Notes under the pieces: generated by a model
What the model was told of the DNA's origin: nothing
Database searches by the model: none
The model's input: only the letters and a program-made list of their open reading frames with translations
Made by a program: the position numbers and the translations under genes
In this document: positions 54,509-64,000 of the stretch, piece after piece
How positions within the stretch are numbered: position 1 is the first letter of the stretch
Layout: each line of letters opens with the position of its first letter
DNA from: an uncultured Planctomycetota bacterium
Lineage (GTDB): Bacteria; Planctomycetota; Planctomycetia; Isosphaerales; Isosphaeraceae
NCBI GenBank assembly: GCA_963823665.1
Contig: CAWGMQ010000005.1
Location: forward strand, 1,504,001 to 1,568,000
Reading direction: 5' to 3'
DNA length: 64,000 nt

Positions 54509-54793
54509 ATGGAGAGGGAACCAGTTGTCTCGACTGTGCTCAGTGAGGTCGGTTACGACGCGTCGTGCCGGACGCTGGAAATACTGTTCCAGAGCGGTGC
54601 AATCTACCTTTACTACTTCGTGCCTGAAGAGGTGCACCGCGGCCTGATGGGCGCCGCGTCCCTCGGCACTTATTTCAATAAAGAGATCAAACGAGTCTAT
54701 GAGCACCATCGGATCGCAGAGCCGTATGACGTACCGAAGCCGCGACCACGAAAGCGTGCAGGCAGCCGACCTCGGTCGCGGAAGCGGCAATAG
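54509..54793 (+). CDS. KTSC domain protein
   Basis: VSTVLSEVGYD..LEILFQSGAIYLY..VP..SLGTYFNKEIK. Confidence 0.88.
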   Translation: MEREPVVSTVLSEVGYDASCRTLEILFQSGAIYLYYFVPEEVHRGLMGAASLGTYFNKEIKRVYEHHRIAEPYDVPKPRPRKRAGSRPRSRKRQ

Positions 54794-55057
54794 CGGGGAA
54801 ATGCGGATCGAGGACCGTTCACCGGTCATTCTCAGGCTTGTGGCTCGAGCAGAGCCCAATCGAGCCACCAGGCTCAGGTATTCGCCGGCGTGTGTGATTG
54901 CTACTTCGCCACAAGACTCACTGAGGTGGAATGTGGGCAAAAAACGGTCTCGGAGTGAAGGGCCATCGAGAAAATACGCGAGGTCATTCCCTGGGACGAG
55001 CGGGCCAAAGGGGGTGGCGCGGCGGCTGGACGCGGGGGATCGGCCGAGGGCTGATTC

Positions 55058-55687
55058 GTGGCCCCGCCCGATGCATCCGGCGCACGGGGAATTCGACCGA
55101 GGCTGAGTGAAGACCAGCGCGGACTGGCGACTCGGTACCTGCATATGGCGGAATCGCTCGCCAGAGCGTACGAGGCGCGCCAGGAGTTCGAGCGCGATGA
55201 GCTGCGATCGACGGCCTACATGGCGCTCGTCGAAGCCGCCCGGACGTTCGATCCGTACCGGAAAGTGAATTTCGCGACCTTTGCGCGCCACCGGATCCGG
55301 GGAGCGCTGCGGGATTACGCCCGGTTCTTGCTGTCGGAGAACTGGCGGGGCCTCGAAACGGTTCGACCTTCGTTTCAAGGACTCGGCACGAACGTGGAAC
55401 AACACGGACGCGTGGTCGGGATCAAGGGCGAGAAGCCGGTCGGCACGGAAATCGAGTCGCTGGAAGACCTGGAGCAGTGGTTCCGGCGCTTGCCGCCGGT
55501 GCACGCGCTCATTTGCCGGCTGATCTACGTGGGTCGCAAGAGCCAGGAGGAGGTGACCCAGCTTCTGAGCTGCTCCAGAGGGCATGTCTCTCGGATGCAC
55601 ACCGAAGCGCTAACCTTGCTTATCGACGGATTCATACCTCGCCACAAACGGAACGCGAATGCCGGGCTCGAGAATCATATCGAGTGA
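55058..55687 (+). CDS. Sigma-70 family factor (FliA/WhiG-like region 2 plus region 4)
   Basis: ALVEAARTFDP..FATFARHRIRGALRD; SQEEVTQLLSCSRGHVSR. Confidence 0.82.
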   Translation: MAPPDASGARGIRPRLSEDQRGLATRYLHMAESLARAYEARQEFERDELRSTAYMALVEAARTFDPYRKVNFATFARHRIRGALRDYARFLLSENWRGLETVRPSFQGLGTNVEQHGRVVGIKGEKPVGTEIESLEDLEQWFRRLPPVHALICRLIYVGRKSQEEVTQLLSCSRGHVSRMHTEALTLLIDGFIPRHKRNANAGLENHIE

Positions 55688-55749
55688 GCCGCGCGGGGCG
55701 AGCAGTCAAGGGAGACCCGAACGTGGATCCGACACCAGAATCGCTGGCT

Positions 55750-56925
55750 TCACGCGGCTCTGGTCGGAGCTGCCTGCTGGACGTGCAATTCGACGAACTG
55801 GCGGATCGAGCCAACGACGTGGGTCTGTTGCTCGACGGTCAGCTCGGGATAGATCGGCAGTGCAATTGTTTCGTGGGCGGCGGCTTCGGCGCTCGGGAAA
55901 TCACCGCTCGTGTGACCCAAGGCGCTGAAGCAGGGCTGCAGGTGGAGCGGGATGGGGTAGTAGATTTCAGTGCCGATCTGGCGGGCGGTCAGGTATTCGC
56001 GGAGGGGGTCGCGGAGGGAGGCGGGAACGCGGATGATGAACTGGTTGTAGACGTGATAGAAGCCCTCGCGCTCTCGCGGCAGGCTGATCACGCCAGTAAG
56101 ACCGAGGTCGTCGAAGAGCTTCTGATAGCGTGCGGCGGCCTCGCGGCGATCGTTAGTCCAGGCCTCGAGGTGGCGCAGCTTGACGCGGAGCACGGCGGCC
56201 TGGAGAGCATCGAGCCGCGAGTTGAAACCGACCTCATGATGATGGTATTTGGGCTCCATCCCGTGGACGCGCAGTCGTGCGAGTAGACGGCCGAGCTCGG
56301 TTTCGTTCGTGACCATCATGCCCGCGTCACCGAAGGCCCCGAGGTTCTTGGACGGATAGAAGCTGAACGCACCGACATGACCGAGACTTCCGGAGGGATG
56401 TTCGTGATAGCGGGCACCGATCGCCTGAGCCGCGTCTTCCAGGACAAAGAGCCCGTGCTTCCTGGCGATCTGATTGATCGGGCCCATGTCGGCCATTTGA
56501 CCGTAGAGATGGACCGGAATGATCGCGCGGGTGCGGGATGTGATGGCCGCTTCGATCTGCGTGGGGTCAATGTTATAGGTATCGGGCTCGATGTCGACGA
56601 AAACGGGCTTCGCGCCGGTTCGCCAGATGGAGCCGGCGGTGGCGAAGAATGAGTAGGGGGAGGTGATCACCTCGTCGCCGGCCCCGATATTGGCGGCCAT
56701 CAAGGGCAGGAGCAAGGCGTCGGTGCCGGAAGCGCAGCCGATGCCGCGCTTCGTGCCGCACAGCGCCGCGATCTCGGACTCGAGCGCAGCGACCTGCGGA
56801 CCCATCACGAACATCTGGCTTTCGAGCAGCTCGAGAACCACGGGCTCGATCTCGTCGCGAATCGTGGCGTACTGGGCCTTGAGGTCGAGCACGGGAACCG
56901 AGACGGATTTGAGCGAGACACTCAT
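55750..56925 (-). CDS. DegT/DnrJ/EryC1/StrS aminotransferase
   Basis: ASGTDAL, PVHLYGQ, EDAAQAIG, SFYPSKNLG. Confidence 0.95.
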   Translation of the reverse strand: MSVSLKSVSVPVLDLKAQYATIRDEIEPVVLELLESQMFVMGPQVAALESEIAALCGTKRGIGCASGTDALLLPLMAANIGAGDEVITSPYSFFATAGSIWRTGAKPVFVDIEPDTYNIDPTQIEAAITSRTRAIIPVHLYGQMADMGPINQIARKHGLFVLEDAAQAIGARYHEHPSGSLGHVGAFSFYPSKNLGAFGDAGMMVTNETELGRLLARLRVHGMEPKYHHHEVGFNSRLDALQAAVLRVKLRHLEAWTNDRREAAARYQKLFDDLGLTGVISLPREREGFYHVYNQFIIRVPASLRDPLREYLTARQIGTEIYYPIPLHLQPCFSALGHTSGDFPSAEAAAHETIALPIYPELTVEQQTHVVGSIRQFVELHVQQAAPTRAA

Positions 56926-57228
56926 CGGCGATCACTCCCTTGACGCCTGGGCCGAGGGCGCTTGGCTGAGCAGCCCGTTGCGCACAATCTCCCTCCCTGG
57001 AGATATCGGCCGGGGAACGCTACTGCTTTGGGCGCGATGTGTCAATGGCAGCCGTACTTTTCGCAAGTATTACTATAGCAATGGGTTGCGACATGAGATC
57101 GATTCGCGTCTGGTGGGAGTGGCGGGAGTTGTCGTTGTACAGCGGCACCGGATCGGGGCAGAACCCAAGAAGGCGCTGCCTCCGAAGAAGGGGAAAAAGC
57201 GGCGGGATGTGGTGCTCGCGCGCGGTGA

Positions 57229-57618
57229 TCAACGCTCGCGGGTCCACGCCGCGGAGCCTTCTCGTCCGCGCACGATGTCGTCCACGACAAGAATCAATTG
57301 ATGGTTGTGATCGCTGTAGAGCACTTCGATGTTGACGCCGGCTTCAGCCATCCGGCGCGTTAGCTGACCGAGCTGGCCGGGGAGGTCTTGGTTGAGTCTC
57401 TGAACGAGCACTTCCCGCTCCGCGAGGACTCGAATGCCCGCCGCCTCTAGTGCCTGGCGAGCGGCCTTGGCGTCTTCGAACAGGAAGTGGGCGATACCTG
57501 CGCCAGCGGCGACCCAGGCGCCGCCGCCCTCGATGCTCACGCCGGAGCGGCCGAGGGCCTCGCCCATCTCGGCGAGGGCGCCGGGGTGGTTTTCGAGGAA
57601 GATTGCCAGGTCTTTCAT
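57229..57618 (-). CDS. ACT-domain protein
   Basis: Two ACT repeats: LENHPGALAEM and QDLPGQLGQL..AGVNIE. Confidence 0.85.
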   Translation of the reverse strand: MKDLAIFLENHPGALAEMGEALGRSGVSIEGGGAWVAAGAGIAHFLFEDAKAARQALEAAGIRVLAEREVLVQRLNQDLPGQLGQLTRRMAEAGVNIEVLYSDHNHQLILVVDDIVRGREGSAAWTRER

Positions 57619-57765
57619 GATGGGAGCGCTCGATTGAGTGATTTGAATGGGGTTGAGCGAACGTCGAGCTGATGAACTTGGGTACTTATGAAGAATCGTC
57701 AGGCTAAAGCGTGACCTACCAGTCCGTCTATCGCTGGGTATCTGGCTTTCCTCTCGATCGGGAGG

Positions 57766-58520
57766 TCACCGTTTTACGTTGAAAATCGGCGAGCGAGACC
57801 GAATTAGTTCCAGCTCCAGAGCCCTTCGGATACGTTGTGTGATTGATTTGTCCAAGACCTGAAGCTCCAGATTGAGCGAGGCGTCGCCGAACTCCCAGAG
57901 CCATCGCACAACTCTTTGTTATCAGAGTGATCGATGTGCTTGCGGATTCGATTCTGAAGGTTTTCGCACTCACCTACGTAAAGCGTCGCCGTACTCGAGT
58001 AGAAGAGATACAACCCCGGGCTCTGCGGCAGCATGTCGAGAGTCAAGCCGTCGACTTTGAATTGAAGTACCTTGCTGGGCCGCGCGACGCGTGCTAGCAA
58101 TTCGGGCTTAAGTCGTTGTTGCTTTCGCAGGTTCAAAGCAGCCCATCGGTATTCGAATGGGTTTCCTCCCGGCACGATCGTCGTCGCGATCTCGTCGAAT
58201 CGTTCGGCATAATGTGGATCACAGATAATATGATCGAGTGTAACGTCGTTCTCTCGCTCCAGGAACCGCGCGGCGATTTCTGCCGCAAAGCGATAGTCGA
58301 GGTGACCTCTCAGAACCGTGCGTCGAGAAGCCAAGCCGCGGAGGGAACCACGTTTTCTCAGGTTAAGTAAAGTCCGGTTCAACGTCGCTGCATCGGAGCC
58401 TAATCCCAGCCGATTGCATTCGCTCAGATAGGCGCGGTTCAAGTCTGGATCCGCTACAACACGGTCGGGCGAGTACCCTTGGCTCGCGAGATGAAAAGCC
58501 TGGCGGATCTCCTCTTTCAT
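57766..58520 (-). CDS. GIY-YIG nuclease with N-terminal helical domain (frameshift near 57908)
   Basis: PGLYLF..LYVGECENLQNRIRKH. After a 1-nt correction it continues RWLWE..RALELELIRSRSPIFNVKR*, with conserved E and N. Confidence 0.82.
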
Positions 58521-60243
58521 GCCGCGGTTGGCTCCGGAAAATTCAAGCTTGGGCTCGGGCTTGCCGATCGAATCAACCGCTTCTGCATGCCCAGCAGGTC
58601 GATCGGGTCCGTTCCTTCTTCTTTCTGAAGGAATGAAATCGACTCGGCGCCCCGTTGCCGTACCCAGTGCTCGAGCTGTCCGTCGCCGAATTGCATGGAG
58701 AATCGCTTGTGCAGATTCAGCGTGCCACCAACGTAATGAATTTCTTGCGAGTGCCCTCTGATCAGATACAGTCCAGGCGAGTCCGAGATATTCTTCACCC
58801 TGCGCCACGATTTGAGTTGCTCGCTCGATTTGAATTCGTCGAGAGAAAGGTCTTCGAAAAGCTCTGAGCGGCCGAGAGCTTTGCTGGACTTTTTTCGCAA
58901 GGTAAGAGCGCCCCACCGGTATTGCAATGACGTGAATCCAGGTGCCAGCGCTGCGCTTTCTCGTCAAATTGACGGGCTAGCTCCGGATCGCAAAGAATAT
59001 CGTCGAGTGTGCCGTGAGCTCTCATGTCGCTCCAAGCAATTTCGCTGGCGAACAGGAATTTGTCATACTCCGACCACGAGTACTCTGTTCGTTTTAGCGT
59101 TTGGAATTCTACCAATCTGCCGGCCTTTCGATGTCTCATGAGATAATGATTCCAGTCCCTCGCGGTGCCCGGAAGGCTGAGTTCCTGGCATTTTGTGGCG
59201 AGAGCCGATGCGAGCGCCGGGTCGGCGAGGACGCGGTCGAGCGAGTAGCCGTCGTAGACTGATTCGTAGGCCCTGATCAGTTGCTGTTGGGCCTTAAGGA
59301 GCTCGAGATCGAGAGCGTGGCCGTGCTTGGTCGACACGGGGACCGTTTTTTGCGTCCGTTTGTCGTGCGGCGAGTTCGGCGTGCTCGGCGCGCTTACGAG
59401 CGGCTCTGGCGCGCCCTCGAGCGGGTCACCGGGGCGCGTGCTCTCCATTCGTGCCGTACCTCGCTTGACGTATTCCGCGGAGAGCTCAAATCCGATGAAC
59501 CTGCGCTCTAGCTTCTTGGCGACGGCGAGCGTGGTCGCGCTGCCGGAAAACGGATCGACGACCAAATCGCCGGGGTTTGAGCACATGCGGATAATGCGAC
59601 CCAGAAGCTGCTCTGGCATCTGGCAGCCATGAAACCCGGCACGTTCACCGAAGGTTCCCGCGACTCGTGGGAAATACCATGTGTCTTCCGCAGGCGTGAA
59701 GCAGTCAACAAGATCTTGGGGACGGAGAATCCAGGTATCATCCGGCAATCGGCCCCGCGGATTAGCGCGTCTGTCGTTGTAGACCAACTGTCGAGCCGAC
59801 GGAATTCGATTCGCGTGTTGCAGGAACGTGAACTGTTTCGGGTTTTTCACAAAATAGAACAAATGCGCGTGCGATCGCGTGAACTTATGAGTGCAATTCA
59901 CTCCGAATGTGTAGTACCAGATCACCCAGCTACGCATCGTGAAACCGATATCCTGAGAGAGGACCTTCATCTCGGCGGCGTATTCATCTCCGATTGCCAG
60001 CCAGAAGGTTCCCGAGGGCGTCAGAACGCGGAAGACCTGTTCGACCCAGGTCCGGGACCAACCGAGATACTCGTCTCGACCCTTCTTGTCATGATAAACG
60101 TCGTAGTCGTAACCGATATTGAAAGGAGGATCGGCAAATGCGAGATCAACGCAACCTTCTGGAAGCTTGGACAGCGATTTGACGCAATCACCTTGGACGA
60201 TCGTGTTGACGAAATTCGGCTGGTTTCTGCTCTGCATGATCAA
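58517..60243 (-). CDS. N4C/N6A DNA methyltransferase (beta class) fused to a degenerate GIY-YIG module (frameshift near 58945)
   Basis: FADPPFN precedes DPFSGSAT; C-terminal [36 protein letters not shown]. Confidence 0.85.
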
Positions 60244-60444
60244 CCTCTGCTTGTGCGACTAGCACAAGGTGATATTCGAAAACCAATTGGCCTAGTAAAT
60301 AACCGATGTACAGTAGAAGTTCAAGCGGCAGCAAGCTCGGGCGGCGGCAATTCCCTCGCCAACTTGTGGGCCACCCTCGGCGGTAGCGCGATCTTGATTT
60401 CTACTTACGGCCGACTCGGCATGACCACTTTCGGAGCTGCGAGG

Positions 60445-61438
60445 ATGGCTGAACCAAATCGAGTCGATCTCTGGGCGCTGATTGATCTGGCGACGCCGTG
60501 GTGCGTTCACGTGGCTGCGACCTTGCGGATCGCCGATCACATGGCTTCGGGGATCACGCAGGTTGATGACCTGGCTGTGGCGGCGGGTGCCGACGCAGGT
60601 TCGCTGGAACGCGTGCTGAGGCATCTGGTGGGTAAAGGCGTGTTTGCGGAGCCGGCACCGCGGACGTTCGTACTGAATGAGCCCGCGCGTGCGCTGCTCG
60701 AGACGGCGATGCGGCCGGGGCTGGATCTTGAGGGGATTGGTGGGCGGATGGCGCACGCGTGGGGGAGTTTGCTCACCGCCGTGCGGACGGGGGCGCCGGC
60801 CTATCATACGGTTTTCGGGCTGCCGTTCTGGGAGGACTTGGAGGCGCATCCGGACGTTGGCGCCAGCTTCGATGCGCTCATGGGGCCGAGCGGACACGGC
60901 ATTCCTGATCCCGAGGTGCTGGTCTCGGGCGGATGGGAAAGCGCGCGCACCGTAGTCGACGTCGGGGGCGGGACAGGATCACTGCTCGCCGAGATTCTGC
61001 GCAAGCGGCTGACGGTGCGCGGGACACTGGTCGATCTGCCGGCGACGGTTGCGCGATCGGCTGAGATATTTCAGGCCGCCGGAGTGGCTGATCGCGTGAC
61101 TGCGGTGACGCAAAGTTTCTTCGAACCTCTGCCAGCCGGTGCGGATCTGTATCTTTTGAAGAATGTGCTCGGGGACTGGCCGGATCCCGAGGCCCGTGTG
61201 ATCCTCACTCGCTGCGCGGAGGCGGCGCGGGCTGGCGGTCGTGTTGCCATCCTCGGCGGAGTGTCGGGCGATGAGAGCCGGGCGCCGGATCCGGAGCTGT
61301 TGATGATGGTTCTTGTCGGTGGGAAGAGTCGAAGCCTTGCGGAATTTCGCGAGCTGGCGCGCGGCCGGGCTGGAGGTGCTGGCCACGGGGAGGCAGCCAA
61401 CAGGGCGGTTTGTGGTTGAGTGCGGGCCGATTGGTTAA
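60445..61438 (+). CDS. SAM-dependent O-methyltransferase (COMT-like); frameshift near 61362
   Basis: Dimerisation winged helix, VVDVGGGTG, SFFEPLPAGADLYLLKNVLGDWPD. Confidence 0.9.
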
Positions 61439-61663
61439 GGGCTTTCGCGGGCTGCGAGACGGTTTGCCGTACTGGTTCGGGGTTACGTCCTGTCGGTCCG
61501 CAACGGCGGACCCTACGGGCTGAAGACCTGTCCAGACCCGGCATTCAGAAATATGGCAGTCGAGACGCATGAAAGAATTCTCGGCGACGTGCGTACTGAG
61601 TGCTGGAGGCGCTCGTTCAGGCGTGGCCGACCAGTCCATGCGGATAGAGTGGCTCTCGCCCGA

Positions 61664-61740
61664 GGAGACTGTAGCTCACCGGTAGAGCGCCTGCTTTTGT
61701 CAAAGTATGGGGGAAGTCGGTTCGATTCCGACCCGTCTTC
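61664..61740 (+). ncRNA. Non-canonical tRNA-like element (possible GTC anticodon, irregular anticodon arm)
   Basis: TAGCTCACCGGTAGAGC D-arm, GTCGG-TTCGATT-CCGAC T-arm and GGAGACTG/CCGTCTTC acceptor; no encoded CCA. Confidence 0.7.
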
Positions 61741-61803
61741 TCGGGCCTTGATTGTCTCTTGGACCGCGCGGCAAGCCTGGTCGAGAACAGGCGGAGGAAT
61801 CGT

Positions 61804-62118
61804 GTGTGGCGACAAGGCGGCCTTCTGATTCAGGAAGTCGGGGAGTTTCCATCATCGGCCCGACGGCGGGGGCGGATGGTTCTGGCTTCCGGATCCGGAG
61901 ACAGGACAGGCCATCGCCACCGGATCGAGGACCTGCGAACGGTGCGATTCCGCTCAACGGGTGATGGCTCCGGCGCGGGGTTCTTTCTGGAGGTCATCGC
62001 CCAGGAAGCCAGGATCGTGCATCCGGAACACAAGGCGATCATCCTGCCCAAAGGGCGGTATCGGGTTTGGAGACAGCGGGAGTTCGAAGGGTCCGGTGCT
62101 TGCGCCGTGGCTGATTGA
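61804..62118 (+). CDS. Small His-motif protein (RQG..TGHxH..HPEH..RQRE family)
   Basis: GGAGG RBS plus GTG; WRQGGLLI, TGHRHRI, IVHPEH, YRVWRQRE. Confidence 0.75.
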   Translation: MWRQGGLLIQEVGEFPSSARRRGRMVLASGSGDRTGHRHRIEDLRTVRFRSTGDGSGAGFFLEVIAQEARIVHPEHKAIILPKGRYRVWRQREFEGSGACAVAD

Positions 62119-62136
62119 CGCGGGAGGAGCGTCGCG

Positions 62137-63521
62137 ATGGGCGAGCGAATCCGAAATATCTTGCGCTGGTTGCTGCGCGGGGACGTCGTCGAAACGGTCC
62201 GCCTGGGCCCGTACGACCACGGCGGAGTGGCCGACAGGGAACTGGACGGACTCGCCGCGCTTGCCTCTCCGACTTCGATCCCAGTCCCCCTGGGCCAGGT
62301 GGCTCCGCCGGAATTCGTGGCACTCTCGCAACGGCCCGCTTTGCCTCCTCGAACGGTGCGCACAACGCTCAATCGAACTCCCGTGATTTCGATCGACAAA
62401 GAGTCGGGCCGTCACGCGATGAGCTACCGCGGCTGGAAAAGGCTGGTGCTGCAACTCTATTCCGAGCGAGCACCGGCGGGCATTGTGGTGGACGATGACC
62501 TGGTTCTGGCCAAGTTGCGACTGAGCTCCCTCCCGCCGGGATTGATCGTTCGGGGCACCCTTGACCTCGGATCGAATCAACGATTGCGGCGGATCGGCGA
62601 CGGGCTGAATGTGGGGGGCGACCTTCTGATTGGCGGCACGAGCCGGGGGGAAACCTGGTGGGAGTCGCGGTTGAAGCGTGACGCTGAGCAAGGCGGGCCA
62701 GCCGTCGCGGGCCTGGCAAAGTTCAGTAGGGATCATCAGTGTCCGCTGACGGAGCTGCCCAGAGGGGTCAAGATTGGCGGCGATCTCCGGCTTCAGAATT
62801 GCCGATTCATCGAGTGCCTTCCCGAGGACCTCGAAGTGGGGGGGTCGGTCCGTCTGATCGGCTGTACGGCATTATCTCATTTGCCTGAAGCATTTCCGGT
62901 TCAGGGTAATCTGGAGATCGTTGGCGCGCGAAGTTTGCGCTCGCTGCCATCCCTGCTCGAAATCAGCAAAAATCTCCGGCTGACTGGAGTGCCAGTAAGA
63001 GAGCTTCCCGCGGGCCTTCGGGTTGGGGGCAACGTCACTCTGGAATGCTGTTCCAGGCTGGTCGAGCTGCCGTCAGGCCTGGAAGTTGGCGGCAGTATGG
63101 AGGTACGGCGCTGCCCGATCGAGCGGCTGGGCGAGCGAGTGCAGATCAGGGGGAATCTCCGGCTGGTCGACGTCCGCATCAGAGCGCTTCCGGCGGACCT
63201 CCGGGTCGGCGGCGATCTGGTGCTCGAGCGATGTTCCGACTTCAAGCCTGCACGAGCCTCGAGCGAGCTGGATGGGACGGCGTTTTGAATCAGGCCAATG
63301 CCCTCATTCTGGATAGTGATACGGATGCCGGTGGTGAGCGAAGACTGGTGCATGTATCTCTGCGCCGACGCCTCATGACGTTTCTGCAATGTCGCTGTCC
63401 GTCGACGGGTCGGCAATATCTGCTGCGGGTTCCCCCGGGTACGCCGACTTGCCGACGTGCGGTTGCGTGGTTGGCGGGGTTTGAAGATCCCGAGGAATAC
63501 AGGCCGATTGTGGAGACGTGA
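62137..63521 (+). CDS. LRR-like repeat protein with C-terminal DUF6745-like domain (frame break near 63250; start uncertain)
   Basis: Repeated LPxxLxVGGxLxL units, then RCPSTGRQYLLRVPP..CRRAVAWLAG..YRPIVET in another frame. Confidence 0.72.
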
Positions 63522-63702
63522 CCGTGGGCAGGCTGCATCGCCGGGCCTCGGCAGCCGCGGGCAGATTGTGGTTCGGCTCCAAGAAAACACCGGTCGCCCG
63601 GAAAGATTCGGGGCTGAGCTGCGTATACACCTATGGATGGTGCGAAGCTCTGTTTGTTCCCGCGCCACGATCGTTCGCTCGACCCGCTCCAGGAGATCGC
63701 AG

Positions 63703-64000
63703 ATGAGCCACTCCGAGTCGCTCGGTCCCCGGCTGGAGATCAGCAAGGACAACAAGCCGGGGCAGAGTATCCCGATTGGGGATAGCGGGATCCAGATCGG
63801 CAGAGACCCGGCTGCCAAGGTCCGGTTTGAAGACGTGCGCGTCTCCCGCCAGCATGCGCGAATCGAACGGCATCCCGACGGTGACTTCTACCTGGTCGAC
63901 ACGAGCAGGCACCAGGCGACGTGCATCAACGGTCGCCGAATCCTGGAAGCGCGACCGGTTCGGCTTCGCGACGGCGACCGGATCAGCGTCGGGGATTGCG
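63703..64000 (+). CDS. FHA domain protein (runs off window)
   Basis: IGRDP..VSRQHARI..DT..TCING..LRDGDRISVG; AGGAG RBS. Confidence 0.88.
   Translation, partial: MSHSESLGPRLEISKDNKPGQSIPIGDSGIQIGRDPAAKVRFEDVRVSRQHARIERHPDGDFYLVDTSRHQATCINGRRILEARPVRLRDGDRISVGDC

Noticed and set aside
59629..61419. 596-aa ORF from the track
   Set aside because: The first ~270 aa are antisense to the MTase; the real gene starts at 60445.
61664..61740. Functional tRNA-Asp or island attachment site
   Set aside because: The anticodon arm is irregular, and no duplicate of its 3' end was seen elsewhere in the window.

Overview
GC-rich bacterial DNA, very probably Planctomycetota and Isosphaeraceae-like. This is inferred from the LEERRLL extracellular motif, DUF4058, ECF sigma/Ser-Thr kinase pairs and characteristic palindromic repeats. 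Core-type genes lie at the two ends: an epimerase, a DksA-family gene, lspA, glnA, a ferritin-like gene and a ~2000-aa adhesin on the left; an ABC exporter, mutY and a DegT aminotransferase on the right. The middle (~11.6-48 kb) is an accessory island full of gene remnants and decayed mobile elements: resolvase, integrase, IS1595, an IS21-like end, umuC and group II intron fragments. The island carries an RHH-GNAT-XRE module, a cytoplasmic gluzincin metalloprotease coupled to an MBL-fold nuclease, an IetAS-type AAA+/S8 pair, DUF4238, a putative PD-(D/E)XK nuclease and a duplicated 2.1-kb AKR/DUF6599 block. Near the right end is an unusual restriction-modification-like pair: a DNA methyltransferase fused to an apparently inactive copy of its partner GIY-YIG nuclease. 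Also near the right end, a non-canonical tRNA-like element leads a His-rich protein/LRR-DUF6745 operon. Many genes carry single-base frameshifts that are most likely long-read indel errors. All family calls come from motif recognition, not database searches.
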